The position numbers and the translations under genes were made by a program. Of a stretch of DNA of 45,668 nt, positions 18,206-27,336 are shown piece after piece. Origin of the DNA: a virus (taxonomy: Duplodnaviria > Caudoviricetes); the IMG/VR virus record IMGVR_UViG_3300011336_000451, positions 1-45,668 of that record; one strand, given 5' to 3'. The notes under the pieces are model-generated. The model saw only the letters and a program-made list of their open reading frames with translations, searched no databases and was not told the origin of the DNA. Positions within the stretch are counted from its first letter, which is position 1; every line of letters starts with the position of its first letter.

Positions 18206-18529
18206 ATGGAATTAATAGAAGAATGGAAAGCTAGTAGATTTGTTAAGAATGAATCTACATTAACCTTTTTACCTTTTAAAGGACAAGCCTATTTTAATAG
18301 TCATGCACTTAAGAGGTTACCATCTGTATGTTATTACAGATTTAAAATTACTACAAGTGGTATTAAATTATCATTTAGTAGTTATCCAAAAAAAGACTAT
18401 AAACCATTTAATGGTAGAATTAATAGTTCTACTGTATTTGGTAATAAAACAACCTTTCTTATGAAAGGACCATTGCATAATTTAAAATTTACAAACATTT
18501 CTAAAACTGTTAAAATTCTAGTATCATGA
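18206..18529 (+). CDS. hypothetical protein
   Basis: 107-aa ORF. Confidence 0.55.
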   Translation: MELIEEWKASRFVKNESTLTFLPFKGQAYFNSHALKRLPSVCYYRFKITTSGIKLSFSSYPKKDYKPFNGRINSSTVFGNKTTFLMKGPLHNLKFTNISKTVKILVS

Positions 18530-18876
18530 AAATCAAAGATAACTCAAGTACTGTACAATTCTCAGAGAAACATCTCTGGAAGCACAAAGATGGCTCAATG
18601 GAGCTTATCTCCACAATGCCAAATAAGAAACTGACAAGTATTATCTTGCCAGAAATTCACAAGAGATTAGAGGAAAAAAGAGCATCTGTTGCTCTTTTTC
18701 AAGAAAAATTGCAAGTTTGCAATGAAGTTCTTGTTAGTAGGGGTATCCTTACTAAACAAGAAAATGTTAATACTAATGTAATTAATGCCATTAAGAAATT
18801 TCCAATAGAGATTGTAGAACAAGCTCTTGAGGAAATGTTAGAAGCAGAGAGAATTAGGGTTAATAAACATAACTAA
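18526..18876 (+). CDS. hypothetical protein
   Basis: 116 aa, ATGA-coupled. Confidence 0.6.
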   Translation: MKIKDNSSTVQFSEKHLWKHKDGSMELISTMPNKKLTSIILPEIHKRLEEKRASVALFQEKLQVCNEVLVSRGILTKQENVNTNVINAIKKFPIEIVEQALEEMLEAERIRVNKHN

Positions 18877-18877
18877 T

Positions 18878-19045
18878 ATGAAAGAGGTATTTAAATTCAT
18901 AGTAGCAATACTCATATATGTGTATTGTTTACCTATTGTAATTCTTTCTTTGTTTAAAGTTCTATGGAAATGGGATTTAACAGTCCTTAATAAGACTATG
19001 GAAAGTGTTGAAGAATTAATACTATCTATAGTTGAGTTACATTGA
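18878..19045 (+). CDS. small membrane protein (not in ORF track)
   Basis: 55 aa with a hydrophobic N-terminal half. Confidence 0.45.
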   Translation: MKEVFKFIVAILIYVYCLPIVILSLFKVLWKWDLTVLNKTMESVEELILSIVELH

Positions 19046-19094
19046 GAAACTAAGTTTATACTAATCAGTATTCTTTAAAAATACAGATTTATAA

Positions 19095-19167
19095 GGTTCT
19101 ATGGTGAAATTGGATATCATAATTCTCTTCTAAAGAATTGTTTCTGGATCGTACCCAGATAGAACTA
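19095..19167 (+). tRNA. tRNA-Arg(TCT)
   Basis: acceptor GGTTCTA/TAGAACT, anticodon arm ATTCT-CTTCTAA-AGAAT, T arm TCTGG-ATCGTAC-CCAGA (atypical loop); no encoded CCA. Confidence 0.8.
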
Positions 19168-19242
19168 CTTATAGTGCCTCCATAGTGGGCAACTAGCTGA
19201 AAAGCAAATACTGAACTATTGACAGCTGGAAAGACAGCAAAT

Positions 19243-19331
19243 AGTCAAGTAATGCGTAATGTGAAAGTGGCCTATCACATCCAACTAAGGAAAAGGTTGC
19301 ATAATCATGAGTTCGAATCTCATCTTGACTA
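19243..19331 (+). ncRNA. tRNA-like RNA / pseudo-tRNA
   Basis: acceptor AGTCAAG/CTTGACT and canonical T arm ATGAG-TTCGAAT-CTCAT, but no canonical D or anticodon arm. Confidence 0.6.
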
Positions 19332-19368
19332 CATGTTATTTTGGTTAATTGTGAACAAATAAATAGTG

Positions 19369-19406
19369 TAAAATAGGAGGGATATTCTCTCCTATTTTCT
19401 TTTCTC
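19369..19406 (+). terminator. terminator after the tRNA cluster
   Basis: AAAATAGGAGGGA-TAT-TCTCCTCCTATTTT followed by CTTTT. Confidence 0.6.
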
Positions 19407-19492
19407 TTATTAACCACATAAAGATTTTTTTTGATTAATTGGTGTTTAAAATGGTAATAAGTTAGGATATATTGTCCTAACTTATTTTTCTA

Positions 19493-19500
19493 TATATTTG
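19493..19500 (+). promoter_or_regulatory. Bacteroidota -7 promoter element
   Basis: TATATTTG ending 4 nt before the sigma-factor ATG. Confidence 0.55.
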
Positions 19501-19504
19501 CCAA

Positions 19505-19954
19505 ATGAATTTTGAATTTTACAAGTATAAAAAAGAAGTTAAAAGATTTGCTAAAAACAAGTTTAAACTTAAAGATGAAGATTTAGATGATTTTGTAGAA
19601 GATGTATTGCTTAAAGCTACTCTTAAACAACATCTATTTGATAGTACAAAAAGTGCAGTAGTAACTTGGATAAATAATATCTCAAGAAACCACTATATTG
19701 ATAAATATATTAGAAAGAAACATCCAGAATATATAGATACAATACCAGAAAGATTAGAAGAAACTTCTAATGATAGTATAGATCTAAATAGTTTCAAAGA
19801 ATATTTAATGGGTTCTCCATTATACATGTTTTTCTTACTTAAGAGTGAGGATACATCAATAGAAGATATCTGTAATGAGCTTCAAATATCTATTAAAGAC
19901 TACAAAAAGCTCTCTCAAGAATTAAAAGAAAAGTGGTATGATTATAATCTTTAA
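19505..19954 (+). CDS. ECF-type sigma-70-like factor
   Basis: region 2 pattern DDFVEDVLLKA...FDSTKSAVVTWINNISRNHYID; region 4-like SIEDICNELQIS. Confidence 0.75.
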   Translation: MNFEFYKYKKEVKRFAKNKFKLKDEDLDDFVEDVLLKATLKQHLFDSTKSAVVTWINNISRNHYIDKYIRKKHPEYIDTIPERLEETSNDSIDLNSFKEYLMGSPLYMFFLLKSEDTSIEDICNELQISIKDYKKLSQELKEKWYDYNL

Positions 19955-20477
19955 ATTAATAATAGCCTTAGCTGGCTTAAACTTTACTATTACAGGATTA
20001 GAGTTATATATCCTGTTTAGACATCAACAACCTTGGTTTAAGATTGTTGTAAACTTATTATGTGCTGCAGCAGCTGTAATGTTATTTTTCTTATACTTTA
20101 ATACTCTCTTAAATGAGGCAGATACTAAACCTCAAAAAACTCAAAAAGATAGCCTTCAAACTAAGGAAATTCCTTACAAGAAACTCAAGGCTACATACTA
20201 TAATCCAGTACAAGGCCAGTGTGATGGTAACCCACTCATTACTGCAACAGGATATAGAATTAATCTTAGAAAACTTAAGAAAGGAGAACTTAAAGTAGTA
20301 GCACTCTCAAGAGATCTATTAAAACAATATCCTTATAACTCTGAGATATATGTACATTATCCTGTACATCTTAGAGGATGTTGGAAAGTAGAAGATACTA
20401 TGAATAAAAGATTTTCTAATAGAATAGATTTCTTAACTTATGGTAAGATTAACATAGACTCAGTTAAAATATTATGA
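19938..20477 (+). CDS. membrane-anchored 3D-domain (MltA-like) protein
   Basis: two N-terminal TM segments, then ATYYNP..QCD..PLITATG, VALSRDLL, VEDTM..RIDF. Confidence 0.8.
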   Translation: MIIIFKLIIALAGLNFTITGLELYILFRHQQPWFKIVVNLLCAAAAVMLFFLYFNTLLNEADTKPQKTQKDSLQTKEIPYKKLKATYYNPVQGQCDGNPLITATGYRINLRKLKKGELKVVALSRDLLKQYPYNSEIYVHYPVHLRGCWKVEDTMNKRFSNRIDFLTYGKINIDSVKIL

Positions 20478-20764
20478 TACCAACAGCAGTAGAATGGTTA
20501 TATGAAAGACTTGAAAGAATGATTCCAAGAACAGCTTTATATAATATAGATAAAGTAGCATATCTTGAACAAGCCAAAGAAATAGAAAAGCAGCAAATAG
20601 CTGATGCTATGCAGTTTACATATATGAATATAGAAGAAGATTTTATAGGAGTTGATTATTTCTATGAAATAAGATTTAATGATGGAAAGAATATATGTCC
20701 TAATTGCAAGCAAGGAATATTAAGACTTGATAGGCCAGGAAAAATGGGATGTTCAATTTGTTAA
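20474..20764 (+). CDS. hypothetical protein (TAVEWL family, C-terminal Cys pairs)
   Basis: TAVEWL...AKEIEKQQI; CPNC...CSIC. Confidence 0.6.
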   Translation: MIPTAVEWLYERLERMIPRTALYNIDKVAYLEQAKEIEKQQIADAMQFTYMNIEEDFIGVDYFYEIRFNDGKNICPNCKQGILRLDRPGKMGCSIC

Positions 20765-20778
20765 TTTAAAAAAATACT

Positions 20779-20997
20779 ATGAAACAAACAGCAATGCAAG
20801 AACTAATAGAAAGATTAGAATCTCTTTCTAAAAAATATCATAATGGAGGTTTGTTAACTGCTATTGAAATAGCTAATTCATTATTAGAAATAGAAAAGCA
20901 ACAGATAAAAGAGGCACATTTAATTGGTCTTATAACTTCAATGGAAATGGAAGCAACAAAACAATCAGAACAATATTATCAAGACACTTATGAATAA
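20779..20997 (+). CDS. hypothetical protein (paralogue of previous)
   Basis: KQTAMQEL...LEIEKQQI...QYYQDTY. Confidence 0.6.
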   Translation: MKQTAMQELIERLESLSKKYHNGGLLTAIEIANSLLEIEKQQIKEAHLIGLITSMEMEATKQSEQYYQDTYE

Positions 20998-21184
20998 AGG
21001 AGAGAAGGTTATTTATAAGAGATTTAAGGGAGGTAGTGAGTTTGTAATATATGATGGGTTTCAAAGTAAAAAAAACTCTAATAGTGTTAGAATTCAATTT
21101 ACAGAAGGCAATAGAAAAGGGCAATATGGTTTTGTTGGTAAAGAAAGATTATCAACAATTTCTTCTGATTTACATTCTAAATAA
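20990..21184 (+). CDS. hypothetical protein
   Basis: 64 aa, coupled overlap. Confidence 0.55.
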   Translation: MNKGEKVIYKRFKGGSEFVIYDGFQSKKNSNSVRIQFTEGNRKGQYGFVGKERLSTISSDLHSK

Positions 21185-21193
21185 TTAAAAGTT

Positions 21194-21427
21194 ATGACAT
21201 ACTATGGTAATGTAATACATGAAGAAGATAGATATTATGCAGAGATATGGATAGGAAGTAATATCTACTCATCCTATCCTCTGTGTAGTAGAGATTTAGA
21301 GTTTGTAAAAACTTTAGATAAGGAAAGATTTTCAAAATTAACTGAGGTTGAATTTAAGATTGTAGATGGTGAAGCAGTTATGCAAGAACCTGAAGATGAT
21401 AGAGAACCAGAATTTTATTATGAGTAA
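21194..21427 (+). CDS. hypothetical protein
   Basis: 77 aa. Confidence 0.55.
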   Translation: MTYYGNVIHEEDRYYAEIWIGSNIYSSYPLCSRDLEFVKTLDKERFSKLTEVEFKIVDGEAVMQEPEDDREPEFYYE

Positions 21428-22226
21428 CATACACAAAATAGGAAAAGAATTGTTTATCACTTGTGATGAAAAAATTAAAGAAGGAGATTGGTGTTTACCT
21501 TTTTTAAATGGGATAGTTGATACTGTAACTGACCAACAAGAAGTTTACAAAGTAAAAAATGGAGATTCTTATTATGAAGATAAAAAAATCATCCTCACAA
21601 CAGACCAAGATTTGATTGCTGATGGTGTACAAGGTATTGACGATGAGTTTTTAGAATGGTTTGTTAAGAATCCAAGTTGTAAAGAGGTTGAGGTTAAATA
21701 TGATAAAGATGTATTTCCTTATGGAGTTGAAACATCAAATGGTTATGGATGGTACAAAATAACCATTCCAAAAGAAGAACCTAAACCACATTCATTTTGT
21801 GAAACACCAAATGAGAAATGCACAATGAATTATTGTGATGAAAATGGATGTATGAATAGAAAAAGAGAATTAGTAGAACCTAAACAAGAACCCCATTCCT
21901 ACACAGAGGCAGCAAAGAAAGAAGAAAGAATATTTAATTCTACTATGATGGCTAAACAAGAAACACTTGAAGAAGCAGCTGAAAAGCATTATGAAGAACA
22001 ATCAATGGAGTTTGAAAACAATACAAACAATCCCATTTTTAATACATCAAGATACTTAGTTGCTGGATTTATTGATGGTGCTAAGTGGCAACAAGCACAA
22101 GACAAGAATAAGTATAGTGATGAAGAAGTTTTGAAATTACTAATCAACTTCTCTGATGACAGAACATTTTTGAAAAAAGATGTTGCTATACAATGGTTTG
22201 AATCATTTAAAAAAGTTAAACAATGA
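21420..22226 (+). CDS. hypothetical modular protein
   Basis: likely start at ATG 21420; KKIILTTDQDLIADGVQ...QETLEEAA...GAKWQQ modules. Confidence 0.7.
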   Translation: MSNIHKIGKELFITCDEKIKEGDWCLPFLNGIVDTVTDQQEVYKVKNGDSYYEDKKIILTTDQDLIADGVQGIDDEFLEWFVKNPSCKEVEVKYDKDVFPYGVETSNGYGWYKITIPKEEPKPHSFCETPNEKCTMNYCDENGCMNRKRELVEPKQEPHSYTEAAKKEERIFNSTMMAKQETLEEAAEKHYEEQSMEFENNTNNPIFNTSRYLVAGFIDGAKWQQAQDKNKYSDEEVLKLLINFSDDRTFLKKDVAIQWFESFKKVKQ

Positions 22227-22435
22227 CACAACAAGAAGCAATAGAATTATTGAAAATGCAAAGCGGAATGAGGAAATCTTCTAAATTTAAACGTGCAATA
22301 GATATTGCACTACATATAATTTCAAAATCATACAATAAGGAAGATATGAAATTAGCATTTGAAACAGGAAGAAACTTTCAACTGACTGGTGAGAATAATT
22401 TTGTTGAATTAATTGAACAATTTAAAAAACAATAA
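22223..22435 (+). CDS. hypothetical protein
   Basis: ends IEQFKKQ like its neighbours. Confidence 0.6.
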   Translation: MTQQEAIELLKMQSGMRKSSKFKRAIDIALHIISKSYNKEDMKLAFETGRNFQLTGENNFVELIEQFKKQ

Positions 22436-22436
22436 C

Positions 22437-22634
22437 ATGGCACAAGAATGTAAATGCTGTAAAAGAGTTTTGCACACAAGAATGGAATTTTGTTTTGACT
22501 GTGTTGAATCAGAATCAATCATCATTGATGGATTAGATATGTACGATAATCAAATTCCAATAATTGAAGGTTTAACAAATGGAATGTCCAAATTGCAATA
22601 TATCTTAAAGAAATACATAAACCAAAACAAATAA
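22437..22634 (+). CDS. hypothetical Cys-rich protein
   Basis: CKCC...CFDC; start ATG 22437. Confidence 0.55.
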   Translation: MAQECKCCKRVLHTRMEFCFDCVESESIIIDGLDMYDNQIPIIEGLTNGMSKLQYILKKYINQNK

Positions 22635-22635
22635 C

Positions 22636-22896
22636 ATGGCACAACAAACATTAGAAGAAGCTGCTAAAGATTTATATCCTATTGAGTATACAGGTAGGAT
22701 GTTTATGCCAAATCGTGATGAGTTAAATAATTCATATAAACAAGAGGCATTTATTGAAGGTGCTAAATGGCAACAAGAAAGAATGTATAGTGAGGAAGAG
22801 GTTGAAACAATAGCAAAAGATGCTTATGCAATGGGTAGAAAAGGTTTACTTATTGGAGTATTTAACAAATGGTTTGAACAATTTAAAAATAAATAA
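22636..22896 (+). CDS. hypothetical protein (paralogue of 21420 C-terminus)
   Basis: QTLEEAA...FIEGAKWQQ..YSEEEV...WFEQFK. Confidence 0.7.
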   Translation: MAQQTLEEAAKDLYPIEYTGRMFMPNRDELNNSYKQEAFIEGAKWQQERMYSEEEVETIAKDAYAMGRKGLLIGVFNKWFEQFKNK

Positions 22897-22899
22897 AAT

Positions 22900-23169
22900 A
22901 TGATAGCATTTAAAATAATTTCAACAATAATATTTTTAGTAGCATTTGCTGTATACTTTAGTAATAGTACTGTTGCATTACTTGAAGTAAAACGCAAAAA
23001 CTTTAAAGGTTATTGGAATAGTACATTATTAATAATTTGTGGAATATTAAATTTTTTCATGGCTTTATTGTTTTTATTTATGATGATAGAGAAAATAGCA
23101 GAAGCTAACAAGCCTGAAAAACCTGAATATGAAATCATTCAAGAACATTTTTATAGAAAAGTAAAATAA
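22900..23169 (+). CDS. membrane protein
   Basis: two TM segments. Confidence 0.6.
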   Translation: MIAFKIISTIIFLVAFAVYFSNSTVALLEVKRKNFKGYWNSTLLIICGILNFFMALLFLFMMIEKIAEANKPEKPEYEIIQEHFYRKVK

Positions 23170-23504
23170 TGGTAAATACACAGAGATCATTAAAAGAGTT
23201 ATATAATGAAGTATTAATTTCATTAGAAAATAATAAAATAGATGAAATATACTGGAGAGGTATTTGTTCTGTAATAACAGTTTTAGCAGCACTTGATAAT
23301 ATTACTTATGATGAATATCTAAAGTTAAAAGAACATTTTGAAAAACAAAAACCTTTTAAAGGTTACATACTTGGAATATCCTCTAAACATAGACAGTTTG
23401 CTGAAAGTAATACTTTTATAAATGAAGAATATTGGTGGGTAAGAGATGAAGAAGGCTTAAATCAAAGAATTGAGTTTATTAAATATCTAATAACAAAAGT
23501 ATGA
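23169..23504 (+). CDS. hypothetical protein
   Basis: 111 aa. Confidence 0.6.
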   Translation: MVNTQRSLKELYNEVLISLENNKIDEIYWRGICSVITVLAALDNITYDEYLKLKEHFEKQKPFKGYILGISSKHRQFAESNTFINEEYWWVRDEEGLNQRIEFIKYLITKV

Positions 23505-25225
23505 TAACAGAATTTCCTAAAGAAGGTAATATTTATATTGATGTTGAAGGTATAAATATTGATCCTTTACAGAAATACCTTGAAGAAAATGGTAGAAAAT
23601 ACATAGAAATATGCTCTACTTGTGAAAATTATTTAGTTTGGGATAGTAATAATTTCTGGTATACCACTAATAAATCTACTAATAAAAAACTATATACATT
23701 ACTGAATTTAGCACTATTTATTACTAATAAAGTAGATTGGAAAGTAGGAGATGCATTTCAAGTTATTGCTGACAATATTAATGCTTGTGTACTAAAAAAA
23801 GGTATAACTTATTATGTTTTTTCTGTTGACAACTCTAGTGTATCAAGTACATTAACAAAAGGAGGAGCTTGGTTACCAGCTAGTAATATTAATTTTGCAT
23901 ATATGAAAAAAGTAGAAGAAGCTTTAGAACCTGTCTCATTAGTTGGTAGATATCTTAAAGCTTTAGTTAATGAGCCACAAGCTATAGGTAAAGCTAAAAA
24001 AGGAGATTTATTTTTAATTAAAAGTGGAAGTGCCAATTTCAATATTAAATGTGTAAAAAATACTACTGATTGGAGTGCAAATGTCGAAGAAATAGGTACT
24101 ACTTGGGAATTAATGCCTGAAGGTTTTACACCTCCTGTTATAGAAGATTATCAAAATATATTAGATATAGAAGTAGGAGATACAGTTAAATGTATATCTG
24201 AAAATAAATCTAAATTTAATAAAGGGGATTTTCCAGGAGGGGCAGGATTTAGTGAAAATTTAGAATTTGTTGTTACTGAAGTAGATAAATATACAGGTTA
24301 TAATATTTATTTTGGTGGTAAAAATTCTTTTGGTGTTTACTCAGATGCTGTTCGTTTAGTTAAGAAAAAAGAAAAACCTGTGGAAACTCCTAAATATGAG
24401 GTAGGTAAATGGTATAGATTACCAAAGACTAGTAATTATATTGTTAAATATTCAAAACCTCATTGGTGTAACGAATTTATTGGTGGTAAAAAATATAATA
24501 ATTGGGGAGGTGCGTGTAATACTATTGATGCTATCTTAGTAGATGTATCAGAAATTCAAAAGTATTTACCTGATGGTCATGTAGATAAGATTAAAGTAGA
24601 TGTTATTCCTGAGTATGTAGAATGTATTCAAGATGATTTTCATAAAGCTTGGGATAATACTAAAGGTAAAATCTATAAAGTTGAAAATGGTAAAATTTTA
24701 TCTAATACTTCTAAACCTGGAATTTATATAGAATCATCTTTGGGAAAATCTCATTTCAAACCATCTACTAAGGAAGCTTATGATAAACAGTTTATGAATA
24801 CTTATAAGTGTCTACCATTTCCAAAAAATATTTCTTACTTTACTGCTAGAGTAGTTAAGGATATTAAATTAAAGCATGAATGGGGTAGTTTACCAGATAT
24901 TATTCCTGCTGGAAGTATTACTTGGTGTTATTCTGAAAAAGGAGGAGATTATGAATTAAGAGTTTTAAATAAAAAAGGCCATGTATGTCCAGAAAGTAAT
25001 AGATATTATGCTAATATTCCTGCAGAGTATTTTGAAATTCTTGAAACCTTTACTATTAATGAAGAACCAGTTACTTATCCTGAAGTAAGAGATAAGGAGG
25101 AGAAGAAAGGAAATCCTTTAGAAAAGAAAGTTATTAGTATTTATGTACCTCCAAGTAAAGTTGAAGGTAAAAAAGAAGTATTATTCTCAGTATTAAAGTT
25201 AAAACAAATTAAAAAAATCTTTTAA
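23501..25225 (+). CDS. large multi-module hypothetical protein
   Basis: 574 aa with several short beta modules (KVGD, EVGD.VKC, EVGKWY, PEYVECI). Confidence 0.7.
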   Translation: MITEFPKEGNIYIDVEGINIDPLQKYLEENGRKYIEICSTCENYLVWDSNNFWYTTNKSTNKKLYTLLNLALFITNKVDWKVGDAFQVIADNINACVLKKGITYYVFSVDNSSVSSTLTKGGAWLPASNINFAYMKKVEEALEPVSLVGRYLKALVNEPQAIGKAKKGDLFLIKSGSANFNIKCVKNTTDWSANVEEIGTTWELMPEGFTPPVIEDYQNILDIEVGDTVKCISENKSKFNKGDFPGGAGFSENLEFVVTEVDKYTGYNIYFGGKNSFGVYSDAVRLVKKKEKPVETPKYEVGKWYRLPKTSNYIVKYSKPHWCNEFIGGKKYNNWGGACNTIDAILVDVSEIQKYLPDGHVDKIKVDVIPEYVECIQDDFHKAWDNTKGKIYKVENGKILSNTSKPGIYIESSLGKSHFKPSTKEAYDKQFMNTYKCLPFPKNISYFTARVVKDIKLKHEWGSLPDIIPAGSITWCYSEKGGDYELRVLNKKGHVCPESNRYYANIPAEYFEILETFTINEEPVTYPEVRDKEEKKGNPLEKKVISIYVPPSKVEGKKEVLFSVLKLKQIKKIF

Positions 25226-25236
25226 AAAACAAAGTT

Positions 25237-25626
25237 ATGACAGCAACAACAAAAAATTCATTCATTACTGTAGTTCTTGGTAAATTAAACAAGAGTGAAA
25301 AACAAATTCAACAAGAAAGTGTTGAAAGATTTGTAGAAGATGCTACAATTGATTGTGAAGAGCAAATCTCTGCACTTACAGCAGAAATTCACAGAGCTAA
25401 GAATAATGTAACTAGACTTGAGAAAGCAGTTGCAAGAGCTAAGGAAGCTCTCAACAATACTAAATACTCAACAGCTAGTAATTTTGCAGCTTGGGTAGAT
25501 GGTATTAATGGAGCTTCTAAAACAGTATACTCAGAAGAGTTGAATTTGCAAGGAGCACAACAAACTGTAACACAGCTTGAAGGACAAAAAGCAGAGTTTG
25601 AAGCTTTGCTTACTATTCTTAAGTAG
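25237..25626 (+). CDS. coiled-coil hypothetical protein
   Basis: 129 aa heptad pattern. Confidence 0.65.
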   Translation: MTATTKNSFITVVLGKLNKSEKQIQQESVERFVEDATIDCEEQISALTAEIHRAKNNVTRLEKAVARAKEALNNTKYSTASNFAAWVDGINGASKTVYSEELNLQGAQQTVTQLEGQKAEFEALLTILK

Positions 25627-25637
25627 TAAGTATTATG

Positions 25638-25669
25638 AATTACAGGGGATTATTTCCCCTGTAATTTTT
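25638..25669 (+). terminator. intrinsic terminator
   Basis: AATTACAGGGGA-TTAT-TTCCCCTGTAATT followed by a T-tract. Confidence 0.7.
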
Positions 25670-25674
25670 ATTCG

Positions 25675-25682
25675 TATATTTG
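25675..25682 (+). promoter_or_regulatory. Bacteroidota -7 promoter element
   Basis: TATATTTG 20 nt upstream of the protease ATG. Confidence 0.6.
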
Positions 25683-25702
25683 TATAAAAATAAATATAAA
25701 TT

Positions 25703-27313
25703 ATGAAAAAATTATTAAGCTTTCTATTATTTGCAATTGCATTTAATAGTTACAGTCAAAATTACATTGATGTATGGCAAACTTTTGGTGCTACAAAATC
25801 AAAAACTTTAACAACTTTACCAACTTCATTTGCAAGTACTGATCCAAGTGGTAAAGTCATTATGTATAAGAAAGTTACTACACCAGATTTTATTGTAACT
25901 ACCTCAGATGGTAAAAAAACTAAACAAAATGTTGTACAATATAAATCTACTGAAGGGTTTAGTGTTATTACTAAAACAGAACAAGGTTGGATTGGATATT
26001 TACACAGTGAAAGTGATAACTGGAATATAACAGAAACTGGAGTAGTTAAAGATAGTATTAGTAAATTACAAGGAGGAAATACTGATGAAGTAGAAGTTAC
26101 TAATACCTTTAATAAGAGTCTTCCAGAGACAAATCAAGCACCACCAGATTTTTATGATAACTCACAATCAATCAATAAGATATGTAAGGTTTACATAGAA
26201 GTATGTAATGATCTATATGTAAGATGGGGAACTAATACAGTTTCTCAAGTATCAATGATCTTTGGAGCTGTAAAAGAACTTTATGCTAGAGATGGTGTAC
26301 AAATTCAATTAGGTGAGATTTTCATATGGACTACCATTGATCCATATGCTACTCTACAAGGATCTCAAACAATTCTTATTGAATTTGCAACAAGAAGATC
26401 AGAAAATCCTTGGAGATTCAAACACCTTTTAAACAATAAAAACTTTGGAGGTATTGCTTATGTAAATGCAGGTATGATAACACCAGTTCCATTTGCATAC
26501 TCAGGAATGGGTGGATGGGAAACCTCCTCATCTTCAACAGTATATAGCTGGCCTCTTTATGTATTTGCTCATGAGATGGGGCATAATTTAGGAGCAAGAC
26601 ATACTCATTGGGGATGTTGGAAAGACCTTAGAACCAATACTCTAATTGGTAGATTGGATAGTTGTAATAATTGTGAGCCTTGTGAATTAACTTCACCTAC
26701 TTGTAATAGCATAACTAAACTAAATAGGAATGGTACAATTATGAGTTATTGTCATATTAATGGTAATGTAAACCCAAGTAAAGGATTTGGTATTCATCCA
26801 GCAGCTACAATGAGAAAAGCTATCTGGGAATCAACTATTCCTTTTGAGACTTCTTGTACAACTACATACTCTGCTTGGACAACTTGCACTAATGGAGTAC
26901 AAACAAGAACATTTACTCAAACAGGAACTAATTGTGTAACACCTCCAACAGATTCATTAACAAGAAGTTGTACAGTAGCACAACCCTTTCAAGTTACTAA
27001 TCAAGTATGTTATAAGGGTACAGATGGTAAGTGGAGAGTTAAGTTTAATATAAGTTTAACACCAATTTCTTATCCAACTATTACTCTTAATCTATGTAGA
27101 TATGGAAATAGTACTGGTAATTGTAATACAGCTACTTTAGCACCTACTGCTTGTGGTAGTAGAACTTTTACAGCACTAACACTAATTGAAAAAACTACTG
27201 GTTTTGTTGATAGAGTACTTAATCCACAACCTGCAATCCTTAACTCTTGTTACAGGATGGAAGTAAAGTATGGTACTACTAAAGTATGGACACCATACTT
27301 TATTGCTAATTAA
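25703..27313 (+). CDS. secreted zinc metalloprotease (M12/reprolysin-like) with Cys-rich C-terminus
   Basis: signal peptide MKKLLSFLLFAIAFNSYSQ; HEMGHNLGARH zinc motif; Met-turn GTIMSYC; TSP1-like WTTCTNGVQTRT. Confidence 0.88.
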   Translation: MKKLLSFLLFAIAFNSYSQNYIDVWQTFGATKSKTLTTLPTSFASTDPSGKVIMYKKVTTPDFIVTTSDGKKTKQNVVQYKSTEGFSVITKTEQGWIGYLHSESDNWNITETGVVKDSISKLQGGNTDEVEVTNTFNKSLPETNQAPPDFYDNSQSINKICKVYIEVCNDLYVRWGTNTVSQVSMIFGAVKELYARDGVQIQLGEIFIWTTIDPYATLQGSQTILIEFATRRSENPWRFKHLLNNKNFGGIAYVNAGMITPVPFAYSGMGGWETSSSSTVYSWPLYVFAHEMGHNLGARHTHWGCWKDLRTNTLIGRLDSCNNCEPCELTSPTCNSITKLNRNGTIMSYCHINGNVNPSKGFGIHPAATMRKAIWESTIPFETSCTTTYSAWTTCTNGVQTRTFTQTGTNCVTPPTDSLTRSCTVAQPFQVTNQVCYKGTDGKWRVKFNISLTPISYPTITLNLCRYGNSTGNCNTATLAPTACGSRTFTALTLIEKTTGFVDRVLNPQPAILNSCYRMEVKYGTTKVWTPYFIAN

Positions 27314-27336
27314 TTAAACTTTAAATATTCATTTAT

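Noticed and set aside
19168-19242. Theta/HDV-like ribozyme after tRNA-Arg
   Set aside because: P2- and P3-like helices exist but I could not find a P1 pairing with the tRNA 3' flank; kept only as a structured spacer.
19193-19417. Minus-strand 74-aa ORF
   Set aside because: Antisense to the tRNA-like RNA and terminator; no coding support.
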